Assembly: GCA_903813345.2 (NCBI GenBank)
Contig: CAIIXF020000001.1
Coordinates: 25,668,001 to 25,732,000, forward strand
Length of the DNA: 64,000 bases
Reading direction: 5' to 3'
Source of the DNA: Owenia fusiformis
Taxonomy: Eukaryota
The stretch's first letter is position 1; every line of letters begins with the position of its first letter. Positions 41,297 through 54,400 of the stretch are shown here, piece by piece. The notes under the pieces were generated by a model. It was not told the DNA's origin, did not search any database, and was given only the letters and a program-made list of their open reading frames with translations. The translations under genes were made by a program, and so were the position numbers.

Positions 41297-42309
41297 TTAA
41301 TCGTCATTTTTTAAGGTTTGGAAATATTTTCGCCTCGTAGCGTTTTTCTTCCTGGCTACACTGATTGGCGAGTCAATGTGTTTTAGAATAATTTATCTGA
41401 TATTGTTTTAGAGTAGGTGAAATCAGAAATTTATCAGAAGCGATGAACGCTCTGTCATCTTGATTCACAAAGTTGCTCCTTGTTCATAACTGGTTGTGGT
41501 TTTCTGTATTTCATTTTCTATGTGTAACATTCCCCATGGTCATAGTGCTTGGCGATAACTATAAATTGTTACTTGTAAGAAAGCCGAAAAATGAACAGTA
41601 ATAGTTGCCTATTTCGAGAAGAATAATTTAAATATTAATAGACTTGATGGAAGTAGAATGGCCTTGATTTTAGTCATTAAATATTTCGTGATATTATATT
41701 TAAAATCTACGATGATTAACATCTAAAAAAATGGTTTTAAAGATTGTTTATCAACTTTGAAATTTCTATTTTCTTTTGAAATGTGTGGGGAGTCTTCACA
41801 AAGCCCATTCTATAAAATCATGAAACACAGCGTGAAAAGTGAAATATATGTTCTTGGTAATCTTTTCTTGTATTAGACATAGTATGTGTAATAATGAAAA
41901 CGAAAAAGCTTATTTCAGAATTGATGTATAATTGAATATTGAAGTTTCTGAGAAAAACCTGCTCCTCTAAGTGCTATCATTTGACCCAAATTAGCCACCA
42001 GTGGTGAAACTGGTAACTAACTACCTGCATCTTGGTAATTATAAATGATCCGTTTTACTACATTTCGTCGCAAATATTTACTGTTTTATTATTATTCTAT
42101 ACTGATCAAGATTGTCGTCGCCTACTGGACGTCGCATTATTAATGATCCATTAATGACTGTTTGTCATTAAGAACAAAGGCCAGTAAATAAGAGATATTC
42201 TGCATGCAAAGATTGGTTGGAGATCATAAAAACTTGAAATCCATATTCTAGTATTAGTATATTTATCCCAGATTCAATTTTAAATATGTTTATTGTTTCA
42301 TTGTGTTCA

Positions 42310-45179
42310 TTATTGAACTCCATTCGTTTCTTCGCCACAGTACTTGCAAGTCCCTCGATTTGCTTTGTCTGAGTGAAATTGACACTGTCCTGATATACAG
42401 CCTGCGTTTGAAAAACACCATCCGTCGCAAAGTGGACCAACGCATTCGTTTCTACTATCACATCGTCCAGTTGGACAATCACTACCTTCTATGCATTCGA
42501 CGCATCTTTTAGATAAGCAATGGCTTTTACTGGTTGGGCAGTGATCGTCTTTGTAACATTGCACACACCAATTTTCAATACCTCTCTCGCAGTGTAAATA
42601 TGATTTACAGTCCTCGTTGGAGTCACATTGTTCACACCTGTTGTCGATTGTGCAAACCTGAAGAAAAACAGAAGTTTTGAATCAAGTCAGAACTCGTAAT
42701 AAGCGCATAATGTTAAAACTAAAGGTATCAAATCCTGTAGCGTGTAATCTTTCCAAGATTTAGTTTTGTTTCTAATTTAGAATATTTGGGCTCATATCAT
42801 TCCTTGCCATGTGTATTTTCTGGAAACAAAAAAAACAGAGAATTATGTCATTGGACAAAAAAGAAAGACAGAAAGAACACTCTTGAGAAACTCACGAATA
42901 TAACTTGTGTCGCAAAAAATGAGACACTTTTTGACAAGTATTTTATCGGCAACTGATGAACGAAACTCACGAACAAGGTATCAATATAGAATCCGGAACT
43001 TGCAAGATACCTTCCATAGAAATCCAGCAATGGCTACCTATACGTACCCTTCCTAAATTACAATGCTCATCCTTTGTACATTTTACACAGTCGTTGTTAA
43101 CGCAGAACGCCTTTGCTTCCTCTACGATCTTTAGAAGACGTTCATCACGCGCACCTTTACTGGGACAGTCTCCATCATTTCTACATGATTTGCAAACACC
43201 TTTCAAGCATATGTCACTCATACATTCCTGGAATATAAAATTACCATTGGTTTTGGATAAGAAACTTAAACCGATCACCGAAATAATCAATTATATCATC
43301 CACTCATCTACCGTTTTATTCCCCATTCTGGCATCAACTGGCTGATCCAGGGGTAGCCCATCGCCCCCCCCCCCACCCTATGATGGGCCCAGAAAAATTT
43401 GGGTCAAAAAAATTCTTAAAATTGTACATGACCTCAATTAATGAGCCTTTTGGGCATTACTTGGCCTTATTTTTATTCTTAGGCCAAATTATCAAACAAT
43501 GGGCCTAAAGTTGGGTAGATTTTAGGGGCCCATTTTTTCTGACTTGAAATGTGCCCCCTCTCCCCTGATGTTAACAACAAATAACACCGGGAAATATATG
43601 TAAGTCTTACCTTGTTCTCTGTACATATTTGTCCATCAAACTTCGTTGGCATGCACATTTTCTGTTTGTTGCAATATTTCCCTTCTCCACAACTTCGACC
43701 GCTACAAAAGAATGCACTATTCTTACCACTCTTCCCATCTACTTTAGTGGTACCCCTTGTCCTACTAGGTCTAGTGCGTCTTGCTAAAAATTGAATCAAA
43801 AATGCAAGCTTCATTCAGATTGGACGCAGGACGGTCATAATCCCTCCCTGTATGGCTGTCCAAGTGGTACAAAGTTACGTCGTTATGTTTACGACCGTAA
43901 GGTCGTAAATGTATGACCGCAAGAACGTAAATAAACGTCCTTAAGGTCGATATTATCGGTTTCAAGAACGTAAATTAACGACCTCATAGTCGTAATGTTT
44001 CCAACCGTAAGATCGTAAATAAACGACCACAAGAACGTAAATGTACGACCATAAGGTCGTTAATTTACGTCAGTAAGGTCGTATAACACGGTCGTAAGGT
44101 CGTAAATTTACGTCAGTAAGGTCGTATAACACAGTCGTAAATTTACGTCAATAAGGTCGTTATAACACGTTAGTGAGGTCGTAAATTTACGTCAGTAAGG
44201 TCGTAATAACACGGTAGTGAGGTCGTACATTACGACTATGAGGTTATAAATTTACGTTCTTGGAACCGATAAAAACGACCTTATGGTCGTATATTTACGT
44301 TCTTGCGGTCGTACATTTACGACCTTACGGTCGTAAACATAACGACGTAACTTTGTACCACTTGGCCAGCCATATTCTTGTACATTTACACTGGACCAGT
44401 GTAAATTAAGGAACTTCGTCGGAAGAGATTTTTATTTTCATCATTTTTTCCTAAAAGGAGGTGATTTGTATCCAAATAATATACCTTGTAGCATTTGGTT
44501 ACTGAAAAGCGAATGAGTCGCGAGCATATACATCCATGTGCTCCAATAATTGAGTGAGAATTCGTCAATTCATCACCAGCACGTTATTAACGTTAAACAC
44601 AACGCAACCAAGACGTTGTGAAATTCACCAAATAACGCCCTGGTTGCTGAAGTAAGGAATTATCACTCGAATATCGGAGTTGTTGGATATATTTGCCCAT
44701 GACTGACCAGCTTTTCAATAACAGGTGTGAAAGAAATTATGGTCCCCCGGGGATTATGGTCCCCTTTCTTAACGGCCCCTACTGGCCCTGATTGCGTATA
44801 AGATAATAAGGGAAAGAGTTGTATTTAGGTCACCATATAAATCAATGGAGAGTAGGACCATAATTTGATAGGATCTCCTACCCTTTTACACCGGATGTCA
44901 TTATTAACATACGGGTAAAATATTTGGATACCAATCGACCTCCATCTTGTTGAAAATGATGAAAATAAAAATTATCAAGACTACATGTACATATATTTTC
45001 ATCAGAATCGTTATGAAGCTCAAGTTTGTTTTGCGATGCCTATTTTTAGCTTTCAATTACGGTCGATACATTTAGACCTACCTGGTTGTTCCAAAATATA
45101 TACTGAGATACTCACCAGATTTTACATTATATGTTAATAAAATGAGGAAAAAAATCGTTCGAAAGATTTGACCGTGCAT
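42310..45179 (-). CDS. Secreted cysteine-rich repeat protein, paralogue A; exons 45116-45179, 43611-43783, 43048-43227, 42310-42657; 254 aa, 34 Cys
   Basis: Signal-like MHGQIFRTIFFLILLTYNVKS (another in-frame ATG at 45200); phase-compatible exons; repeated CxxCxxxxxC units (CVKCTKDEHC, CVQCYKDDHC, CVECIEGSDC). Confidence 0.85.
43851..44374. mobile_element. Foldback element built of ~21-bp subrepeats, in intron 1 of paralogue A
   Basis: TATGGCTGTCCAAGTGGTACAAAGTTACGTCGTT / AACGACGTAACTTTGTACCACTTGGCCAGCCATA; internal AAGGTCGTAAATTTACGTCAGT repeats. Confidence 0.8.
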
Positions 45180-46434
45180 CCTTCCTCCCAAAACGTGCAT
45201 CAGAAACTACAATCTGAAAAATACAGTGACGTCATGTTCGATGATCCATTTAAAATATGAAAGAATTTGACAATAATAATTGGAAGATTGTTTTGAAGCA
45301 TGATTTATCCGACCAGAAAAGAATATCAAGGAAAGTCACATCCCTTACATAATGAGGTGCTATCAATGTGCCTCGCCATAAAAAGTGTTTAAAAGGAACT
45401 TGATAAATGATTTTGGCGACTCCTTTCAGATAATGAACTCGTGCAAATTCTGAAATCTATCAACTGATTTATTGCATTGACAGAAAAGTAGACAAGGATA
45501 CAATTTTACTTACTGTAAGCACGTTGTGAAGAATATCCTTTATTCAGTTGTAAATACTGCAGTATTAATCTCTTATTTATCTCTTTTTGCTGGTCAAGCT
45601 CATTTACTTTTTCATATATTTTTATATTTAAATCGATTTAGGATGACCTATTACCTATTACAATACAATTTTGTCAAAGACCCATAAGACATTAATAATT
45701 GTATTATGAAATCGAGATTTCCGTCCACGAACATCGATATTTGTTATTTGTTGACCGTATGTGGCTGTCATCAATAAAATGAAGATGATCATGGACAAAA
45801 GAAATAATGACAAATATACACAAACTAATATTTAATGACGTGAGGAGAATGATATCCATGACCGGCGATATTGTTTGAGCATTTATATTGTGTATTGTTT
45901 TCATCAACTTATCGTCGACACGGATCATAAATGACTGCCTTCTTTGTTGACTTTTTCCACAATTGTTGGCAGGGCTGGCGCCAAAGCATTTTTCTCACCA
46001 ATTAGAATCATACAGTATTCAGAAACTAACGGGGCTACCAAAGATAGAGACCATCTGTATATCACATATTTGAAAGATAGCAATAGCCAGTCTTACGTTA
46101 CAATACCCTTTGCATTCATTTGACTTTGTTTTTTACTAGATTTTGCGCACAACATTCTTTATCATATTCATAGCCATGTTCTAAAATTGAATGGAACGCC
46201 ACTGTAAATGCTTTGATTCTAAGGTCAATTGGTAATGACGGATTCTAAATGAGACCAGGAACATGTCTATCCAAATTGTTATGACATTACTATGTTTAGT
46301 ATGTTGTATGGACTGACAAGTCATTTGGAACGGTTGTAAGCATTGGAAACAAATCAATACAGTTTCATAAGGCAAATGATAGGCTAACCATTTACACGAG
46401 AAAATAACAGCACAAATCACTCTTGAGATATTTT

Positions 46435-48183
46435 TTATTTAGACTCCACTTCATTTGTATCTTCACAGCCTTCGGCGGTGTCACAATGTTCACATTTATT
46501 ATCGCCTGTACACACCTAAAGGAAATAATAATCCGTGGCTTAATACTGATGAGATTTTGTATGCAGCAAACATTATAAAGCCTCAATTACATTTGATCTA
46601 CGGCAACCGTACGACGGTCGTAGCTTCCCGAAATCGAGTGAAATATACACCATAAAGAATAGGGATAAACAGTACGATGTAGGTTTTCTACATCGATTTT
46701 ATGAAGCTACGACCACCCTACGGCCGCCGTAGAGCGTCGCAATTGCAGATCATGTGACTAGAGGAATCATCCGATCAAGCGAAAAAGTACAGGACCTTGG
46801 TCAATAACTACATAATAATGTTAATCATTTTATAAAAAAAAACATCAGAATTAGAACCTAGAACCTCCGTTCTGTTTCTTATTGCCCTTTGATTGATAAA
46901 GGTTGCAGGTCCCTTTCTAGGGTTGTGGAGATCACATATCGCAATGCATAAATGTTGATTTTAATTAATTTCTTTTAAATATGCTTAACGGTCATATACC
47001 TTTCCTAAATTGCAATGCTCTTCCTTTGTACATTCTACGCAATTATTGTTTCTGCAGTATACCTTAGACGTTTCTATGATGCTTAGAAGACGTTCATCAC
47101 GAGTACCCTTACTGGGACAGTCAAGATCATTTCTACATCCTTTGCAAACGTTTTCTACACATACGCCACTCAAACATTGCTGAAACAAATTGCAACCGGA
47201 TTAGTGTGGCATGTATGCTATTTAAATTGATAGATCCAGAAAATGAGAAACAGTCTACAAAAGGCCAAAACCAAAATGAGTGCTCGCCAACCATTTTCTG
47301 ATAAAACAGAAAGGGGGAGTATCAGAGAAAAAATGAGTTATTTTTAATTTTTTTAGAATTGAGGATTATATTATTTATTATTGAGTAAATGATCGGCACT
47401 TCACTTAGATTAGCAAACCTCTTGTTGAAAGAAATTATTTGATTTTTCCCTGTTATAATCTAAAAATAGGTCCTGAAAAAATAATCCAAAGCGGAAGGTT
47501 ACGCCTGATAGATACCCCAACACATAGAAAGTCCAATGATAGGTAAATGTAATATTGAAATATTGTAATAAATAACTTTTGCGCGTAATATTCATGAAGT
47601 TCTGAGTTGAAGAGGAATACGTGCACATCCTACCTTGTTCTCGATACAAAATTCTCCATCGAACTTTGCTGGCAAGCACATGTACCATTGATTGCAATAT
47701 TTTCCTTCTTCACATCTTTGGTGTCTACAAAAGAACCTCTTGAAAATATCGTGTTCAGGATGGTTGCTCAATACAGTACCACCCCGAGATCCGGTCAGCT
47801 TTCTCAATCTAATCGGCCTACCTTTAAAATCATCATATTTATTTGTTACACTAGCTGTGAGTTAACCATCACGATGATTCTACTTTCTGACAATTCACTT
47901 ACGTTTTTATTTTATTTTACTTTCAGTTTTCTCTTTTCGATTTTGTAAATAAAACGGAAATTATACTCATCGTAACTATACTTATAAAGTGATGCTTAAA
48001 ATCATAGACGGTGATAACCAAAAATGTATCCTCAAATATTTATTCTCATGTCTTTGCGAATTACAAGTAAAATTGAGCTTCAATTTAGAATTGATTTCTC
48101 CTTAGTATTCACTTACGTCTGACCGATTCTGCATAAGTTATTAAGATTAGAAGGGAAATCGCCTGAAGTGTTTGAGCATGCAT
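46435..48183 (-). CDS. Secreted cysteine-rich repeat protein, paralogue B (C-terminally short); exons 48117-48183, 47634-47821, 47000-47179, 46435-46515; 171 aa, 18 Cys
   Basis: Signal-like MHAQTLQAISLLILITYAES; exon 3 is 180 nt as in paralogue A and highly similar (CRNDLDCPSKGTRDERLL); last exon VCTGDNKCEHCDTAEGCEDTNEVESK*. Confidence 0.8.
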
Positions 48184-49135
48184 CGTGATATGATTTGACG
48201 CCAGAAATAACCTGAAAATTGTGACTCGAAGTCTATTCAAAATAACAAATAATCAGTAGACCTCTCCCTGCAGTCATGTGGTGGTACAAAGTATATATCC
48301 TTTATTATGTTAGTCTCAGAAAAATCCAAGGGTATTTTCACTTCACTTAATGCATACAGTTTTTAAAAAATTAAGCCAGTGCTGAGCCAATTATTAATTC
48401 GCTGGCCTACTTTTTGAAGAAATCAATGATGAGAGATGAAAACCAACGTGAAATGAATAAATAAACGAAACAAAGACAACGATCGCTTAACAAAATAACA
48501 TTAATTGACGTGAAGGAACACTACACGCTATTATTTTAGCACGCATATAAACACTGATTGACTGCCTTTTTGTCTAAGTGTCAGTATTAAATAACTTTTA
48601 TTGTGTTCAATGTCTTAAACATCTGTATGATACCCAATAGCATCAATTAGGAAGTTTACATTGCATGAGCAATTCTACTAATATCAAATTATATGATCGC
48701 ATTCTCCCAGACCCTAGTATATGAATTTGAGATTATACATAATTATGGTATTTTAAAATGTTGTTGTTTGGGTACTATTACTATGCCTATACTCTTGGAA
48801 GTCATTGCCATTTCATAATGATTATCTTGGGATTAAATAATGAAGTTTGGGTAGGAAATAATTTTTGGACTTTGAAAAGAAACAAATTATTCTTTGTTTC
48901 TTTTGTAAAAATGTACATTCTACCTCGGCGGGCAGTATTTTTCAAAATTTAACAAAAACAAGGTTTAGTACCACCAGCCTATTGATGGTAAAAATTCAAA
49001 AATCGGGATATTTTATGGTCATCTGAGTTTTTACCATTTCAAAAGGTTATCTCTATTAAGTTACCTCAACAGATTTAATGTTCTGTTTAAACTTGATGTT
49101 TACTGACATCACATATTATTCTATTTATATATGTA

Positions 49136-49749
49136 CAAGGTGTTTCATATGTATGCACCCCCTCTAAAATCATGTATATAGCATTGTCATCCTATCAAGT
49201 TATATATCATTTTGTTACTCATAGAAAGTTACGCAAGATCACCAGACAATAATATCATCAATTTATACAAAGTGACAAAAATCATCAATCTCGAGGGATA
49301 AACCCTATATCCAAAAGCGACCGTACATAACTGGTGTATCTCATACTTAATTCGGGTAGATATGACCTTTACCACCTTTTTCAAATGACAAGATAGGCCT
49401 ATACTGTAAAAGCACAATTTATATTTAACATTTTCATGATATTCCTTCAGCTCAATACAATAGAATTGTGACATTTAAACTTTTTGAAAAATTTTAAACT
49501 TCTGAAATTTAAATTTTTTAAATTTTTAAAATTTTGAAAAAATTCCCGGGAGCGGGATGGATATATTATATCTGCCCGCATTTGGCCTAGAGCGGGACAT
49601 ATACAATATATCCTGCCCGCTCCTCAGATATTATATATATTCCCGGGTGACATCTACCCCAAACCCACTCAAGTATGAAATACAAAATGATAGGGTGGAA
49701 ATGCTACATATATGAGTTTAGAGGGGGTGCATACATATGAAACATCCTG
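49136..49749. mobile_element. Tc1/mariner-type MITE abutting the mariner
   Basis: TIRs CAAGGTGTTTCATATGTATGCACCCCCTCTAAA / TTTAGAGGGGGTGCATACATATGAAACATCCTG, TA on both sides. Confidence 0.8.
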
Positions 49750-49751
49750 TA

Positions 49752-50817
49752 TACAAGGGCCGAGCAATATATTCGCTACTTTTTGCTCTCAAATTGTTAA
49801 TAATAAAGTATCTTACCGGAAATTTTCCAAAATAATAGAAAAAACATTTTTCTGTAGTCACCAAATGTGCATTTATTTGGTTACATCCGTAATATTTTAC
49901 ATGGCATTGAATATTGGTTGATAGTGACCACCGGAGCTGACATTTGTGACAATGTTTTAGAAAACAACTTTTATACAAAATGTCCTTTTTGTTAATTAAG
50001 ACAGTTACTCCTCATTCCATGCCTCATTCTCAAAATAGTGTCCATCTGCAGCTATGCATTTTCTACATCAGGAAAGCCAGTCTTGATAGGCCTGTTGCAG
50101 TCCGTTTCCATTTCCATATAGGTCTTTTAGGGCCTTATGGACGGCCTCAACCACTTCTTCACGGTCACCAAACCTCTGCCCGCGTAGCTCATTCTTCAGT
50201 TTGCCGAAAATTTCAAAGTCGCACAATGCAAGGTCTGGACTGTATGGTGCATGATCAAATTTTTCAATGTTTAAAGCTGCTAATATATCAGTTACCTCAT
50301 GGGCCCTGTGTGATGGAGCATTATCTTGATGATATATCATATGGTTGATCAATACTGGGCGCTTTTTACGAACTGCATCCATGAAGTTCTTTCGCAAGAC
50401 CTGCAACTCAGGAAGCAGAGTCTCCCTTTTGTGATGCATATGCGGATCAATTGTGACCTCTTTATTGTTTGAAAAGAACATCTATGACATCACAACCATT
50501 GTTCTGAATATTGGATCAATGTCCAGTAAACAATGTTTATAAAAGTTACCCAAACTGAATGTTTTTGTTATGAGAAATGGGCATATAAAGATATTGTTGC
50601 ATGTGCAATTGCAGTAAAATTATGGGCAGCTCCGGTGGCTCATTCCTCCCGTTGCTATGACAACCATATTTTTTTGCCATATTCGGCAATGGGCTTGAAA
50701 ATGGAATCAAAAGATGCGGAATTCTACACTCTATGTCTGTACCAAATTTCAATGGAAATAAACAAATATAAAAGAAAATAAAGCAAAAAGTAGCGAATAT
50801 ATTGCTCGGCCCTTGTA
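49752..50817 (-). mobile_element. Mariner (D34D) transposon, internally deleted
   Basis: TIRs TACAAGGGCCGAGCAATATATTCGCTACTTTTTGCT at both ends with TA flanks. ORF 50068-50481 contains HQDNAPSH...APYSPDLALCDF with 34 residues between the 2nd and 3rd catalytic Asp. The N-terminal DNA-binding part is not seen. Confidence 0.92.
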
Positions 50818-51463
50818 TAACACATGTACTTGATATTTAAAAATTGAATTGAAGTGTATTGTATTAGCCTATCATTTTTAATCTTATCAACGGTACCTCG
50901 TGCCTTGTATTGTGACTATCTTGTGACAAATATTGACCAAGTCAAAACTTGACCGTTTGTCCTACTGCCCTACTAACATTTTCTGTTTAATTATTCTTCA
51001 TTTAGGGTAACATTACTGTAGAGGGGCAACTTGCATTGCATTTCCTCCGGATTCCAGTATTTCGATTATATTTGTCCTGTGGGTAAGCTAATTCATTTAT
51101 TTTAATGAATACTAAAGTATAATTTGTGGTAGTGCGCGATACTGCTGCGTTTACATTCATTCTTCTCAATGCAAATATTTACACTTTGACAGTTCATTCA
51201 AATATTGGCCAACTGAAAGTTTTATACAGGTACGCACATTTTTACTATTGATGTCGGTTTTCACACCAGGTTTAAACACGTGTAGGCTAGCAGTGAGTGT
51301 ATATATTCACCTCCAAATACCAGGGGCCAAGACATCTGCGTTTTGGGGTTTGAATGAAGTATAGATGAATTTTTAGGTAAGGCAGTTGATACTTTTTCTG
51401 GAAAAACAGAACCAAGTCAGATATTTGCTTTTTTGATTATGTTTAGATTGTGCTGTTTACAAT

Positions 51464-54400
51464 ATGAAGGTTCTGATTGTGTTTGCCTGCCTCTTGGTTG
51501 CGACCAGCGCTCACTTGTGTCTGCTCTCTCCACGCCAGAGGGGATCAATGATGGGCATCAACAAACCAGGTATGTGCTGGTACTTTCAGTCCTGGAATGG
51601 AATATCCTGCGTGCAGTTGACTTGCTAAGCGATGTGCAGTGTCGTTGGTTGATTGATTGTGTTGGTTGTTTGATGGGTTGTTTTGTTTGCTTTTTAATTG
51701 TTTACATCATGTAGTGATAATTGCATTTAGGGGTAGATACCTGACCATCAATGTTTTGATGCGATGTCGTCACATTCCTCCAATGACAATGAACTCCTGA
51801 AGCCCAAGAATGCAGTGATAAAATGTTTTAAACATACATGGTATTCCTGGGCCTTATGATGTAGTTCCGTTTTATATATAATTCCTTTCATGTTGTAGGG
51901 GCAACAGACTGCATCCTCCTGAAAGGACCATGTGGTGAACGTACAGGGATGCCCACCACCGGAGTCAAGTATGTTAATATTCTGTAATATTGCGGCACCA
52001 TTCTGTACATACATGGGCTATGGTACATATCGTACAATTAATTATTTTTACATTATAAAATTATGTATACGTTAATTATTCTAGTCTTGCTTCAAGATTG
52101 TGGACACACGAGCTTGTAGCTAGACAATATAGGTAAAGAGTGAGAACCGAGTGAAAGTATTATAACAGTCCATAATGAAACAAACTAAATCACGATTGGA
52201 ATAAATACTGTATAATGTCACTAACTCTGTTCACCACATATTTTGCCCACAATATTCTGTCATCCAGATTTTCAAAAAATTCTAACAGCGCTATATCTAT
52301 TTCTCGATAATCCTTATTGTTTGCTTATATCGAAAAAGTGGAAGTCCCCTTTTTCATTTCTAATATTTCTGTAACTCAAATCTTCCACGTTATATAACTT
52401 TCCATATCTGAATTCTTATCTTTTTTAAGACAGTGAAGTAAAGATTCTAGGGGAGATATTGCCATGCTTTTCCGAATTTTACGCCATATTCTCTGCTGCA
52501 ACTTTAATTCCGGTATTTTCAGAGCTGGCACAAACTTTACAGTGTTGATTCAGAAGAACTTGGACCACTGGGATAAAGCAACACCTGTAAGTTACAAATA
52601 TCTTGGATTATCTGTGCCAAAATTGAAAAAGATACACCCCTCTTTCTATATAGTTTTAGTACTTCTGAACTACGCATAACCTAAAAATTTGAAGGATAAT
52701 CCTCCCTGGACTAAGATCAGAATTGTTTTTATCAATGTATAACGTCTGAACCTGATTTTAGGGCTACTTCACGGTATCATGGGGACTCAGTGAAACGTCA
52801 ATGACTATGATTGCCAAGGTGCAGGACAATGGAGAACCTAGTCTTTATATCTATGAAGTTGAAGTCACTGCCCCAAAATCGTAAGTGCCAATTACTAATT
52901 CGCTAGTTTGGCGAACGGCGACCCCACTCGGGCTCGGCCTCAATGTAACGTCTCCGACAAATTGAATTTTATAATCCAAATAGATGTCAGGGCACAATTA
53001 ACTTGTCATTTTGAATAACATGAAAATATTTCTCCAATAAAATTTATTTTCTCCGTTCATTACCATGATAATCAATTTAAAAACATTATATTTACATACA
53101 TTTCCAACATGAAGGAAGGTTCAAAATGAATAAATTGATTGTTTTTGTATTGTTGATAGTACATTTGGAATTTTTTACCATGTGAGAAGGAATAGAATAA
53201 TAGTGGTAACTACTTTAACGATATTTCTTCTTGTTATTAAAATTCGATTCATCTTATTTTATTTCATTTTTCCAGTTTGAACGATCACTACATCATGCAG
53301 GTGAGTTCAAATTCAAATTGTCATTCTATAACATTATAATGAACGACAAATAGTTGCATAATATTCAACTCCTGTAAAAATTGTGTATATTAAATATACG
53401 CATATTAAGAATATTAAGATCATATCAAGACTACCTGTTTGTAATGGAAATGTGTATGGGGTGTTAGTAGGTTTATTAACGACTGCAGAGCCTTTTACTT
53501 AGACCACCACTCGAACAGTATCATATTAGTCCCTGATCTGATTTTCTAAAGGGCTCTAGAAAAGAGTTTGAGTTTGTTATCCGGTATTTTCCCACATAAA
53601 GTTATTGTAACGTTTGAAAGAACAGATTTCCCTTGTATAGAAAACACCTCTTAATAGGGGCAAAAGGCACTAAAATGGGGTGACACAAGGTGACATGCTG
53701 AAGACCAAATTTTACGATTTTTTTGTTTTATGCCACGTATATAGGTTATTTACTGGGAGGGATTGAATAAAACCCATATTCAATACCGACCAGAAATAAC
53801 CTATTTATTCCATAATACATCCCTCTAAAATGTTACATTTGAATAATGCAAACATTATATTAATATATGCACATTGTTTGCGCTCCCTCGGTCAATATCA
53901 TATTGCCAAAGGTCAATATAATATTTTCCGAGGAATAAAACCCATATTCATTTTATTTTATCAATTAGTCAAGGTTAAAAATAACCGGGAAACCAAAAAT
54001 AGGTTAATACGATTTTTCCCGGGGACAATACGATTTTTTCATGTAATACGCTCCAATACGATTTTTCCGGGAACAATACGATTTGTTCATGTAATACGAT
54101 TCAATACGATTTGTATTCCTCCATATTTCCCGGATATATGTTTTTTCTTCATGAGGGAAGTCTATTCTATCAAACGGTAGTTACGGTACAATCATTTTTT
54201 GTGGGAAAGTACCAGACAACGAAACTTCTTTTCAGAGGGACCAGATCAGGGACTATATAAATTGCATAGTTTCTGAATAGCTGAATAACCTGACATAATA
54301 GATGTCACCCTTGTTTGTCTTTGATTTTCTTGTGCTAGACCTCCATTCACGCCAATGCTAGCAACCTGCAATGGTCACTTGATTTCATGATTTATCAAAA

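Noticed and set aside
47903-47976. Possible extra exon in paralogue B (strong minus-strand donor at 47902)
   Set aside because: All three frames from the nearest acceptor contain stops, and exons 1 and 2 already join in phase.
50068-50481. Domesticated or active mariner transposase
   Set aside because: Only the C-terminal catalytic part is open; the first catalytic Asp region and the HTH domain are not recognisable, and the element is only about 1.07 kb.
51433-51714. 93-aa Cys-rich ORF from the track
   Set aside because: Wrong frame; the real exon starts at ATG 51464 in another frame and splices at 51569.
52762-52880. Cadherin-like motif VQDNGEPSL
   Set aside because: The exon splices in frame into the small His-brace protein and no other cadherin motifs are present.
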